A stretch of 64,000 bases of DNA from Antedon mediterranea (GCF_964355755.1 NC_092672.1:27782437-27846436); one strand, 5' to 3'. Shown: positions 12,201 through 27,200, numbered from the stretch's first letter. Notes: generated by a model from the sequence alone, not told the origin. Numbers and translations: made by a program.

Positions 12201-15200
12201 CGGCTACGGTTGCGCTCGCATCCATGATGATGATGGGAGCTGAAAGTATACGTTGTCGGTATCAATAAACAATTAGATAATAAAATAAAAATAATTATTA
12301 TACAAATAATTTATGTTTATTCGTTGAAAAATTGACCAATAAAATTGCAAGAATACAATCAGGTGTATTATAAATTTATATATACGATGGTCTGCTATCA
12401 GATTATTTTAATTATTTGTAATCAATTATATTTTATAGCGTTTTTAGTCGCGTGGACGCGACTCTATAGTTCACTATGTCGGTCGGTCTGTCGGTCTGTC
12501 TGTCGGTCTGTCGGTCTGTCTGTCGGTCCGGTATCACTATGCGTTTTATCGCTTTTCTGTACTTTTTGAACTGTTTTGATGTCAACATGTGGGCATTTAC
12601 GTGAAATTGTGCCCCTCCTATTGTGAATGACGTTAGAGTTGCGCAACGTGATTTACGCGCGATTTAACGATTTTCTCGTATTTAACATAGGTCAAAAATC
12701 AAATAACATTTTAAATTGAAACTTTGCAAAAGTTTAATTTATATCAGGCGCTAACTTTCTGTTGAAAAAAAATGTGTGTTTTACACAAAGCTACGCGCGC
12801 ACGCGCATTTAAAATTTTAAAATGCGCAAAATTAATTTTTAATAAACTTTCTAAGCGTTTCTTGTCATTTTGAGCATGTCAAAAATTTCCATACGTGCGT
12901 AAATTTTTACGCGCGCGGTGCGCACGTAGCGTTAAATACATACTTTTTTCGCGTGATTTATGTTTTTGCAGCCTTTTATAATAATTTTACCAACTTTTAA
13001 ACAATTTCGACTTAAAATTACGTCATACGAGCACGTCGAATTGGATAATTTGCGCACGTTTTTGATGAAAAAGTTCAAAAATTCGTCAAAATTATGCCTT
13101 TTTAGTCGCGTGGACGCGACTTTATAGTTCACTATGTCGGTCGGTATGTCTGTCGGTCTGTCTATCGGTCCGGTATCACTATGCATTGTAGCACGCGACT
13201 TAATGGCTGTTGGCCTTTTTTAATATTGAATGCCTAATCTAAAGTATGTTGATTAATTTTGTTTGCATAATTATTTCGTTGTGTCTAACTTAGTAGTTTG
13301 TTGGCAATAATGTGTAAATACAGTTGTTCGAATCTGAATCATATTGTTTTAAACAATTATTCATTATTAATTTAAAGATTGGTTCCCATTATAAAAATAC
13401 ATCCTCACGTTCTCTTTCTATTTTTTGGCAGAATCCATTACTACAGAACGGGGAAGATCCGGTAAATGTATTCACAATCGCCTCTATTTTGGGTTTATTA
13501 TTGAAGCAAAACGAAACCATCTGTGGCATGCCAGAATTTAATACTACCAGCTTAAATTAATATAATCGACTTCTTTTTCAGATTTTTACCCGTTTAAAGA
13601 CAACAAAAATGATCGCAATATAGGCCCATTTAGGGTTCATTTTTACAATAGAGTATAGTCTGTGATCTTAAAATAGACTATGTCTTTTATCAAAATGTAC
13701 TCGATGGAACTCTTGTTCGCCAAAAATTAAACAACTTTCGCCCAATAATATTATAATAAGGTAAACATATCTTATTTCTATCAGGTCAAAGTTTAATAAT
13801 GTTACTCTCCAATCCTTCACTATGTTTTTAAATCACAACACGAAAATATTTCGTCGATTTAAAATTATTTCGGGAACTGTGTGAACATTGCATTCAATTT
13901 CGTCTTACATTGTTTTGCTCTAAAGAGTGTTTTTACTAGCACATTTGACTTAATTGTGAGTGTAGGTACTTAAAAAAGTAGTAAAGTAAATTACAAATGG
14001 GCTTGTTGACCACAAATATATTTTACACTATTAACTAGACCTATACTGAAATAGAAACATAAAAGCAACGCTAATGGAACGTGTGCCATTTGCATCTTTA
14101 ACTACAATTTGAGCAGTTTAATTTGAATATTAAAATAGAATATTTACTTTTTAAAATAGATAATCCTTTTGGTCGATTAAGTCGACTATCATTACTTTGT
14201 CGTGATGACACTCCAGTTGTTCTATCAATTCGATATATACCATCTGGTGAGTCTGTCAAGTACAGATATTTTCCATATATATCAATCTTAAACGGGTAAT
14301 TCAACCCAGTTATAATCGTTCTTCTGTTAGTTCCGTCGAGGTTAGCTTCCTCGATTAACCTAGCTTGATAGTCACTCCAATACATCTTTCCATCTTGAGA
14401 ATAAGAAAAAACAAAAATGAGAGAGAGATAGAGAGAAAGAGACGTATACAATTGAATATTGTACTTAAATACGCGTATTAAGTTTTAACAAAACGATCAT
14501 TTCAAGCACGTGACCTTTTAGTAGGCGCGGCAAAATGGATTATCATGCAATTAGTTCAAATGAAAAAAAGTTCTCAAGAAAATAAATCACAATGTATAAC
14601 GTAAACAAAATGTATAACTTATTGAGAAAAAGGAAAGTGTATTCAACTGTAAGCATATCTTTGATTATGGGGTCTGAGCAAAATACTTTGTGCCTAACGA
14701 GTAAAAATGTCATTATGCGCATGCCCATGTGTTTCTGAACGTGCGCAGAATTGTCTTTTTACTCGAAAGACGCGTGACGCGTCGTGTGAACGCAGAGTCC
14801 ATAATGTAAAGAAGTAAAGTAAGACGCAGACTCTACTACATGCAGTACATTGAATGTCAAAATACATTTGACATGATTTTGCGTATCCGGATATTCGCCC
14901 CCTGGACATTTACCCCCCGGAAAACTACCCCCCCCCCCGGACAACCACCACCTGGACAACTACCCCCTTAGGACAACTACCCCTTTAGGACAACTACCCC
15001 CCAGACAAATACCCCCCGGACAACTACCCCCTTAGGACAACAACCCCCTTAGGACAACTACCCCCTGGACAACTACCCCCCGGACAATTACCCCTAGGAA
15101 CAATTACCGCCCGGACAATTACGCCCCGGACAATTACCCCCCCCCCGGGTAATTACCTCGCGGACAACTACCTCTGAGACAATACTCCCCGTAGGACTCC

Positions 15201-18200
15201 TGGACCTGGACAATACTCCGAGGGCAAATAATCTTTTAGGACAACTACCTCCGTAGGACAACTAACCCCTGGACAACTATCCCCGGACAATTACCCCCTA
15301 GGAACAATTACCCCCTGACAATTACCCCCGGACAATTACCCCCCCCCCCCCGGGTAATTATCCCGCGGAAAACTACCTCTGACACAATACTCCCCTCCCC
15401 GTAGGACAACTACCTCCTGGATCTGGACACTACTCCGAGGGCAAATAATCTTTTAGGACAACTACCTCCGTAGGACAAGTAACCCCTGGACAACTACCAC
15501 CCAGACAACTATCCCTTTAGAACAACTATTTCCGGACGGACAACTACCACCCAGACCATTCAACAACCTGACTCTGCAACAGTGTATAATAGGAATTAAT
15601 AACTATATTTTAATTCGTTACTTTGACGAATTACTATTCATTATTGTAAACAAAAGTAAAAGATTGAACATAAATATAGCCTGGTGTCAGGTCTTTGGTC
15701 TCGGGTCTCTAGTTTCGAAACACACGTTAAAAACAGATGATTTCATTTTTACAGAAACCGGTCCTATATATTTGTCTACTTTTGGATTGGGAGTGGGGGG
15801 TAGTTGACCGGGTGGTAGTTGACCGGGAGGTAGTTGACCGGGGGTAGTTACCCGGGGGGTAGTTATCCTAAGGGGGTAGTTGTCCTAAGGGGGTAGTTGT
15901 CCGGGGGGTAGTTGTCCGGGTGGTTGTTATCCTAAGGGGGTAGTTGTCCTAAGGGGGTAGTTGTCCGGGGAGTAGTTTTCCGGGGGGTAGTTGTCCTAAG
16001 GGGGTAGTTGTCCGGGGGGTAAACATCCGGGGGGTAACTGTCTAGGGGTTAGGTGTCCTAGAACCGATTTTGTAGTATTATGCACGAGCATTACAATGCT
16101 GAGCTAGCACCTGTCAAGGATGCGCAAAAATTGGCAATATATAGAGCGTGCAAAATGTTAGGTTCCTCAATTTCGCCATTACATGCATCATACTACATCT
16201 TTCAACACAGTAAGGCAAAGAGTATGAATTAAATTGAAAACTTTTGATAATTTAGTTTGATTATATGTGTGCTAATCCTTATTATATTATACGTTTTAAC
16301 AAGTAAAATTATGTTAAAAATGTACTTAGAAGGGATTAGTTGGTACCAATAGCTTCACGTATAAAAAATATATTTTGTAAAATCCATAGCACTTATCAAC
16401 CACCGCCATGCCTAATATAGGTATGTGGATGACAATATTTTCTTTAATTTTGCTATTGTACCTTTTTATACCTGTATTTTATAGTATTTTTTATATATCT
16501 GTAGTTTTATATGAATTGTTTACACTACATACTGTATATTTTTATATAACGTTTTAAACTTATTCTAAGATGTTTTTTATGCTGATTGTTGCCTTGAGAA
16601 AGAATTTCAAATTATAAATGTTTGTAACAATAAAGTTATCTTGTGTCTTGTATGAGACCAGATAATAATTATAATAATAATATTAATAATATAATTTTTT
16701 TTTTAAATTATGGTTTGCAGGCTCAAAGGTTGGCAAACATTTATTGTCTAGGTCTGACTATAGTCTACACAGTGACTCATGTTGCAGGTATAAATAAGCA
16801 ACGTGGCCCGAAATGATCATGTTGTTTATAGTAAGCGACTTTATGTACAGGCATCAATAATCAGCATTAGAAATAGTTACTAATAGTCTACATATATTAC
16901 ATACAGTAGTACTATTATATAACTTACATGCATCCATGGTCATAAAGTAACTTACCAGGAACTGCTAATACAAGTCCTTTTGCGCTTGGTACACTTGTTA
17001 CTAACACGGTCCTTGTACTCAAGTCATTTAACTTCGCTCGCTCTATCAAATCGTTTCGTGTATCAGTCCAGTACAGGTATCTAAGTATAAGTATAATCTA
17101 TGTCACTACATAAACGTTCTGTTACAAGTAGTTCACATCCCTTACTACAGGTAAAAAAATATATTGAAACTTACTAAATTAGTGAAGCTAGTTAGTTATT
17201 AATTATTTATTACGAATAATGACAAAAGAAATGTTTTATTTCTTCCTTTATTGAGTGGTATTAATGCATTATTATTACGTTTTTGCTTACAAATCAAAAG
17301 GAAGAATCAAAAGAATGGAAATGTGAAGTTCATAGTTGATCTTCCTCCAACGTGAAAAGAGGGTTACTGTGTATGGAAGGTGACATTACCCGTTACAAAT
17401 ATCAAATAACTAAAATAATTGTTCTGTACGTTCCATCCATATTTATTACTTTAATACGGCCAATCTTTTAGTAATTTAGATTATGATACAGTACAAGTGG
17501 TTCAATACAGTTTTATATCTGTATCAAATGTGACACCTGTATAAGCCTAACCTAACTTTAACCATAACAGGTATAGACGCCATGTGAAACATGTGGCAAT
17601 GTATTTACAGAATTAGCCTATACTACTGTAGAACGATTGTACGATACGGTGCAGAGAATCGGGTGTGAATGAAAAGTATAGAAACTTACAAAACTGCTTA
17701 AGTTGAGATGTTATTAATTAATTCAATTCATTGAATGTTTTAAAATTAAAACAATCATTCATTTTTTAAACATTCTTATTATTAAATTTGAACGAATTTA
17801 AATGTATGGTTTAGATGCATTAATAATATACAGTTCACCCGATGTGATCACACAGTTCATCTCCTTTGGATGAGTAAAAAAAAATAGATAGATGTACGTT
17901 AAGAGAGAGTGACATACCCATTAGCTGTATCTATCTCAATTGCAAATGGAGAGGACAATCCTGTGTCAAAAAGAATTGTCCTGTTTTTTCCATCCAGATT
18001 GATTACTTCAATTCGGACTCTTCTATTATCTGTCCAATACAGTTTTTTTTCAGCTCCATCAACGGCTAGACCACTCACATCTTATATAATGATGACAATT
18101 AAACAATTACTGCAATCTCAACCTATGAAATTTACTTTATATGCTAAAGACTAAACTTGTTTTAACCCATTTCAGATGATGCTCAACCCTCGACTAGTGT

Positions 18201-21200
18201 TATGTTTTTTTTTGTTTTTTTTTTCTTCTTCTTTATTGTATCAAACAAAAAACAATTTAATACAAAAGGTAGCCAAGGTATAGCCAAAGCTAATCAAGCT
18301 TGGTACCTTTTATCTTAACTAACTTAAGCTACAAAATTAACAAATAAATAACAGAACTTAAAAGAAAATAAAAATTTGATAACGTCAAAAACAAAACAAA
18401 AAATGTTGAATAGTAAATAAATAACATAACATAACATAAAGTGCTGTATGTACTATACTGTAACAAACAAAACCATATCAGTTCAATAGATAATATCTGA
18501 CGAATTAACAATATATAAAAACATTGTAAATTATAGATTATTCTTTTATATTCTTAGATAAAAGTAATTCTTTAAGTTGTTTAGAGAAAGCAAATCTAGA
18601 TGTAATTGTTCGTAATTCTAAAGGTAAATCATTCCAAATAACAGCACCAGAAAAAGAAATTCTAAATCGTCCACAATTAATACGACAAGGGGGAATGGCT
18701 AAATTAAAATAATGATTAATTCTTGTATTATATGCATGATCAGTAGTTTCAAAATAATCAAATAAACTATGAGGTAATCTATTATTAAATAGATCAGAAA
18801 CAAATTTAGAAACACATAAGGTATATAGTTTATTTATATCTAATATTTTAAGTAAATGAAATAAAGGCGATGAATGTGTTCCAAACTTAGAAAAAGTCAT
18901 ACACCTGACACACATTTTTTGTGTAACTAAAAGGGGTTTTAAATACGAATCATATGTGCTACCCCATATCTCAATACCATACATTAGATGTGGCTGAATA
19001 AAAGCATTATAAAGCAAGATTAAAGTGTTCCGAGGGATATAGTGCCGTAGTTTAAATAAAATACCAACCCGCTTCCTTAATTTATTGTTCAAATCAACAA
19101 TGTGGTCTTTGAATGAAAGAAATTTATCCAAAATAATACCAACAAAAGAAATCGTATCCGTTTCAGAAATCTTATTATTATTTATCTTGATAGAGCCATT
19201 GATACTAATATTTTTATTTCTGGAACGAAAAACAATAAACTTTGTTTTGTCAGTATTAATTGTTAATTTATTGGCATTACACCAATTAATTACTTTTTGA
19301 AATTGTATGTTAATTTCGTCAAGATTTAACATATTTCCAGATAAAGGTTTAAATAGGTTGGAATCATCAGCAAAAAGTCTAAAATCAAAAAAATCAGTAG
19401 AATTTGGCAAATCATTAATATAAATTAAAAACAAAATGACACCGAGCACCGATCCCTGGGGAACACCACAATTGATGGGCAATCTATCTGATGTATAGTT
19501 TCCTGAAGACACAAACTGAAATCTGTTACTAAGATAATTAGAAATCCACTGTAGAGGATTACCTCTTACTCCGTTATTTATTATGTATTTGTTATGTATT
19601 ATATTATACGAAACTTTAGCACGACGACGGAAACGGATGACGTCAACCTTATACTCATTTGCATAACAGTGTAGTTCATAATTCAGGGAACAGTTGCGTT
19701 TTAACGTACTTGTTTGTAAATTTGATTTGAACGCAACGCATGTGTCGCGCACGCAACATACGCCGCTCGCATTAAAACAATTGCCTTGGACCGCCAAGTG
19801 AATTAGCTCTACCTAGCTAGGAATTTTAACTTCCATATTATTAGCTGATAAATAGCATAATTGCAATGAACAAATTGTTTGGCTTAATTAAAAGCATTTA
19901 CCATTTTTTTTCTTAATTATTCTGCAGAAATGTAATGATCTTCCATGTTCCGATAACCTTTGGTTAACGTTTTTCACGTCGCTATGTGTTCGTAATGCTT
20001 GCTCATGTTGAAAGAAAAAAAAAGTATGTTTTATACACACATATATAAACATATCAGGCAAAGAACATTAATTCTAAACCGCCCGGTGATATACTGAAAT
20101 TTAATTAATCAATTTGAAACGATAACGATGAGGAAATCTGTGAGAATGAGAAAAAGTCGCCCCAACCGAGACTCGAACTCGGACCGCCTGCTTGATATGC
20201 AGATTTCCTAACCATTAGACCACTGGAGCTTTCATGGTATTGTTCAAACTCGATTGGATATCGACTCTTTAACATTCTCGGCGCGGTACGGCGGAACAGT
20301 ACTAGTCCTCAGTTGTACGCACGCGCACCAGAGATCAAATTGATACGCCCTCATCTTACAGTATTTTTATTCACGAGGTGGGATCTCCGAAGAGATACTT
20401 TTATATATATAAACAAATCAAGCAAAGAACATTAATTCTAAACCGCCCGGTGATATACTGAAATACTGCGGGGAATGAGGTCGAGTTGGCTAGAATTGAG
20501 TTGGAACGTGAAAAATTAATTTTTGAAAGAAGAAAAATATAGATGCAAACTCAAAGGGAAATGGAAAAAGAAAAACATGAATTTGAGTTAAGGAAATTAG
20601 AATTAGCTAACCAAATGGGTCACACCACACGGGTTTCTACACCTAATGATTCAGAGATTACTCAGAATATTAAATGGGTTCCCAAGTTTAATGAGGATGA
20701 GGTAGAGACGTATTTTTTAGCTTTTGAGAAAATTGCTAATAGATTAAAGTGGCCTGCTAGACACTGGACTGTGTTGTTACAAACTGCTCTTGTGGGTAAA
20801 GCCCAAGAGGTATTGTCTGCATTGGCTGATGATCAATGTGAAAGTTATGATGCGGTCAAAACTGCTGTTTTGTCAGCTTATGAGTTAGTTACAGAGGCGT
20901 ATCGTCAGAAATTTAGGAACTTATGTAAACCTTATGATCACACTTTTACGGAATTTGCACGTAAGAAGCAGATTCTTTTTGATAGATGGTGTAGTTCGGA
21001 AGGAGTAAATGGTGAACAATTACCCCCTGACAATTACCCCCGGACAATTACCCCCCCCCCCCCCGGGTAATTATCCCGCGGAAAACTACCTCTGACACAA
21101 TACTCCCCTCCCCGTAGGACAACTACCTCCTGGACCTGGACACTACTCCGAGGGCAAATAATCTTTTAGGACAACTACCTCCGTAGGACAAGTAACCCCT

Positions 21201-24200
21201 GGACAACTACCACCCAGACAACTATCCCTTTAGAACAACTATTTCCGGACGGACAACTACCACCCAGACCATTCAACAACCTGACTCTGCAACAGTGTAT
21301 AATAGGAATTAATAACTATATTTTAATTCGTTACTTTGACGAATTACTATTCATTATTGTAAACAAAAGTAAAAGATTGAACATAAATATAGCCTGGTGT
21401 CAGGTCTCTGGTCTCGGGTCTCTAGTTTCGAAACACACGTTAAAAACAGATGATTTCATTTTTACAGAAACCGGTCCTATATATTTGTCTACTACCATTA
21501 AGTGCTAAGATTAAGGCAGTCTGTGATTTGCCAGTTCCAAAGAGTAAGCAGGAGTTAATGCGGTTCCTGGGAATGGCTGGGTTTTATCAAAGTTTTTGCA
21601 GAAGTTTCTCAACGCTTGTAGCTCCATTAACGAATCTGCTGAAAAAGAATGCGAGCTTTGTGTGGTTGGAGGAATGCAATAATGCGTTCATTAAAGTTAA
21701 AGCGATGTTATCAAACGAACCGGTGTTGATGGCTCCACAATTTGATAAACAGTGCTTGTTAATGATCGATGCCAGTGATGTTGGTTCTGGTGCCGTGTTG
21801 GCGCAAACAGACGAGAATGGTGTTGACAAGCCTGTGTGTTTCTTCTCGAGAAAATTCAACCAGCATGAGAAGCGTTATTCTACTGTTGAGAAGGAGACAT
21901 TAGCTTTGATGTCAGCGTTAAAGCACTTTGAGGTGTATCTTGGATCTACTCCGTTTCCAATTGTAGTTTGGACTGACCACAACCCATTAACGTTCTTGGC
22001 AAGAATGAAGGATAAGAATCAACGCTTGTTGAGATGGAGTTTAGCAGTTCAAGAAATGGATCTGGAAATTCATCATATCAGCGGAAAAGACAATGTTGTA
22101 GCTGACGCGTTGTCAAGAGTTTAGATAAAACATGAAATGATTCTTAAAAGTTTTATTAATTTTAAAAGTGTTTATTTAAATATAATATGTTAGTTGTGAT
22201 AGAGTGATGCATTAATGGCATACACGGATATAAAGTAATTAGAACTTGTGAAATTTTAAAGAAGCAGTTGAAGTAAAATTTATATCAAAGACCTGTTAAA
22301 ATAATTACTTTACTTACTGTTAAAAGATTTAAAATTGTTCTAGTAAACAGTTATAAGTTTAATCATATCAAACTTTCTTTAAGTGGAGGTGTGTGATGGG
22401 TTTGTCACACGGAAGTGAGCCCTCTAGAAAGAGAGGAGTTGAATAAAGATGGACGACAACTACAACGTATTTTGTTATGTTATTATTGTTGCTTTCAGCC
22501 TAACGAGCGAGCCCGTAACAATGGAAAATGTGCATATTTTGATTATTTTTATAAAGAAAATGAATATAATAATAATAATCGTGTACCATTATTTCTGTAG
22601 GTTTTATTATTTTATTATTATTTTATCAATTTTAGTATTTAGCATATAAAGTAAATTTCATAGGTTGTTTTAAAAGAACAATGATCCTATTGCAGTAAAA
22701 TAGGCCTAGTACTTAGATTTCGTGGCAATTTGTTTACACAATAATTTGGTAATGTCTTTATTTTTATAGAGCATGATATATTGATTGTATTCTATGTTGT
22801 TTTAATAGTTACTTTTACTGTTTAGTTGTTGAATTTGTTTGTAAAACTGTGTTTATAACAATTATTCATAATAATCGTGTACCTTTATTTCTGTAGGTTT
22901 TATTATTTTATTATTATTTTATCATTATTTTATCATTATTATATCATTATTTTCTTCTTCTTCTTCTGTACACTATTTTGTGTAACAATTATCTCAAAAA
23001 GTTAAAATTCAACGGCCACAACAATTTCACAATGTCTTTCAAATAGTTCTTAGATCTAATAAGCTTTTCAGCGTGATTACTCATCCGTGACGTCATATCT
23101 CCATAATTTATTATCACATATTAATGAAATTCAATACACGTAAGGGTAACAGTAACAGTCAAGGGTAAACATTTTAAGGTTTCAAGGTCATGCGTGTGAA
23201 ATCGCGCGTTAAAAATTTAAAAAGCTCAAAATTAAGTTTTGATTAATTTAGAGCATTAGGCCATTTGCGTGTTTTAAAAAATTACTGCGCAAAAACACGT
23301 TTTTCCGCACGCGATTCTTAGAAAGTGTAAAAAATAACATTTGATGTATAAATCACAATCTACTCACAATTCTTAGTACATTCACCGATTTTGAGTCCAT
23401 TCGGACTTAAAATAGCGCTATACGAGCACGTCAAAAACGACAAAATGCGCACATTAATTTCACTAAAGTTCTGAAAATGGTGAAAAATATACCTTTTTTA
23501 AAATGAAATAACTCTTCAGAATGCAAGATGACCCCCATTTTTGTTAACTTATTCGGGAAGGCATTGCGTTGTAGATATTAATTCATGTACACATTTGATG
23601 TACAAAATGTCATGACGTCATCAGATGGCCACTTGAATTTAAAAATTAGGATTTTTTATCTTTTTGTGTGGGTTATCACATTCAACAGAGGGCATCTCGG
23701 TTATAGTTGTACTCGAATTTTGCACACATTTCAGTGTGCTTGCTTAATTATTTATCTTTCTCATAAGTTGTCAGCGTTTTCATTTGGATGAAATCATCAT
23801 GCGTAAAAACTTGAATATCGTAGGTCGTGTAATTTTACCTATACCATACATTTGAATATCTTACAGTTCTTCAGAATTAAAGGTGACCTTGAAGATTATA
23901 ACTTATTATGAAAGCTGATGAAATGTAGATATGAATTCAAAAATCAAAATTAAGCCTATCGGATGTTGTAATCATATGGCCAGTTAAAAAATAATTTTTA
24001 AATTTATTTAGTTATACAAATTTCAAAGAGCGCGCATTGCGTTTCTACGTGTCAAATTCTCATCCAATTCTTATATTTATTTGCTCAATTCATTATCTTT
24101 CGAAATTGTCATCTTCGAGTAAATGTGTGTAATAAAAACGAAGTAATAATATCATCATTTGCTGATGATACAACAATAGTTATCGACTCTATTCAATCCC

Positions 24201-27200
24201 TTTACCAGGCGCTTGACACCCTTGACAATTTTGCCTGAATTTCAGGACTAAAAATCAATGCCCAAAAAAGCGACGCTCTTTGGATAGGCTCACTGGCGTT
24301 CTGCTCTGAAGAAACAGAACGAATAAAATGGAAATTACACCCTGATAATTATATTAAAATGTAAGGCCTTGTATTCAACCCGAACGTTCCTATCGAAAAA
24401 ATCAAAATAAACTGGGAAAATAAAATGCAACGTATAGAAATGTCAATCATAGCATGGAAAGGTAGACACCTATCGATGATTGGCAGGAATATTATAGTAA
24501 AAACGTTATTGGCTTCAAAATTAACATACCTTGCTTCTACAGTTATTCTACCGAACGAAATCGTAAAACAAATAAACACAACTTTTTTTAACTTCATATG
24601 GAATAGAGCCGAATGTGTTAAAAGAGGAGTAATTACGTCAACATTTAACCGTGGCGGACTGAACATATTTCACCTTCCATCCTTTTTAACATCTATTACC
24701 CTATCATGGATTAAGAAATTAGCCGACAACAAACAATCAATGTGGAAAAATTTTGCGCTATACTTCCTAGATAAAATAGGCCTAGGCTTAAATATATTTA
24801 AATGCAAATGCTCAATAAAACAAATTAACAAAGAGTGTATAAAAAAAATCAATAATCTTCCAGCTTTTTACTCACGACTGATCGTTGACTGGTTCAAACA
24901 CAATAATTATCATATTAACCACAACGTCATAGAGCCAATAAATTAAATTATATGGAATAATGCTAATATAACACACTACGGTAAAACGCTTTACGATCAT
25001 GAATTTATCAAAGCCGGAATCTTAACGCTCCGGGACGCGATTTTTTTTTTCGTACATAAGTTGGGGACCCCCTCATGAAACGTCACCAAATAAACATGAA
25101 TAATTCATCAGTTAAATTTGTTGTTCCGTGTGCACCCAAGCGTATAGCAACAAGAAGTGATTACACAACTGCGATACGATAAACGATACTTTCTACAGTA
25201 GGCCTAGGATTATAAGTCAATTCACGTGATTGCCTTCGCGCACTCTTCTTCACACAAAATGTGTCGAGTCGAGGCTAATCGACAGCTAGGCAAGACATTA
25301 AACCATGGAGGTATATTTTTATACCTCCATGATTAAACTAAGTAGTAATTCATTGGACATAGCCCAAAGAAAGCTTAGAGCCACAAGAATAAAGAATGTG
25401 TATATAATTTGTGTACTGTATTTTTTTAATTCTGCTATTTTATTATCAAACAATATGCATGTACTCAAAGGAACTTTAAAAATGCCCGTATATGAACACA
25501 TGAGATGGGAAGATTTGACCCACGAGAATAAAAAATGTATTTTTGTGTAATGTTTATTGTTTAATTTTGCTGACTTATTACTCGGATTGTGTCATACCAA
25601 AGATAACTATCTTTGGTCATACCTAACACACACACGTCACACACACCCCCACACAGCTACTACTAGAATAGACACACATGGGTTTAGAGACTAATAATTA
25701 GGCCTAATAGTATTAATAGAAACTATAATTTTAACACGTAATTTTTTAGTAATAAATTATATTAAAAACACCATAAACTAAGGCTGATTATTTCGACAAT
25801 CCACACACAACGCCGCTATCTTCTATGAAATCGCACGCCGCAACAACAGCGGAGATAGGCCTAGAATCGTACCGCACTTGTGTGCTCACTTCTTGTTGCT
25901 ATACGCTTGGGTGCACACGGAACAAGAAAATTTAACTGATGAATTATTCATGTTTATTTTGTGACGTTTCATGAGGGGGTCCCCAACTTATGTACGAAAA
26001 AAAAAATTGCCTCCGGGACATTTACAACGTTGATGATACCTTAATTTCCTCAAAACAAATGTTAGAAAAAATCAACCACCCGAAAACACTGATTACACTT
26101 TTTTCAATTCATAGTTGTATCCCAGCTGACTGGAAAAACGCCTTATCTTGGGACAAACTATTTGATCCTGTAATCTTTTTAATAATGTCTGTATTGACAA
26201 ATGTACTCCAAAAATTGTTAGAGAACATATTATTCTTTCAAAAATGTATTCATTACCAAAATGTCAAAATTATTGGGAACGGACTTTTGATAATTATAAT
26301 TTTAATTGGGAAAAAATATGGCAACGAATAACAGACTCTTCCAATGAAGCTCAGTTAAATGTACTGTCATGGAAAATATTACACAACGTATACCCAACAA
26401 AAATTTATCTGTTTAAAATAGGTAAATCAAACAGCAAAATGTGTAACAGCTGCAAAAAAATCAGTGATAATAACCACATATTTTACTTCTGCAAACAGGT
26501 ATTTCCGATATGGAAAAAAGTCGATCTGATCATCCGTTCATACCTGCAGATCGAAATAATTAATAGAATCTTCAATAAAAGATTACCTGACATTTTTGTT
26601 CGATTATATTTGTGTATAGCCTATTTCTTCATAAAACCTTAAATTGGTATGCTTATGTATGTATGCGCATGTGTATATGTGGGTATAGATATATATGTGT
26701 AGTATAGTTAATGTATAAGATTATAAAAGAAAGGAAATGTATTAAGGATGACATGCATAAAAACTAATTAAAGATAAAAACGCATCTTATTTGTATTTAT
26801 GAAAAAATTGTTCAAAGAAAAAAAATGTGTTGTTAATTGATAACGCAGTTAACATGTATAAAAAATAATTCAAGAATTAAAAAGATAAAAATTGTTAAAA
26901 AGAGAAAAATATTTTATTAATTGATAATGTATGTACCAAGAATATAAGTATAATTAATATATAAGATTATAAAAGAAATGAAATGCATCGATGATGACAT
27001 GTATAAAAAATAGAAAATAACTATGGTGAATAATACAGATAACAAAAATGCAATTGCATAAATATATATTACTGTCCTTATAGGATGTTTGTTTGAAATA
27101 AAAGTGGGATGATCCCACATAAAGCAAAAAAAAATCTTCGAGTTTATTTTGATAATTCCCTCATACCAAACAATTATAACATGATGTGTGTCCCGTAATT

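Noticed and set aside
12345-13186. ORFs with TDRQ/SVCR repeats (also 57479-58895)
   Set aside because: Translations of the (GTCT/GTCG)n microsatellite in HINE elements.
19578-19797. N-terminal extension of the 419-aa RT ORF
   Set aside because: Lies beyond the LINE's 5' truncation point; chance open frame in unrelated flanking repeat DNA.
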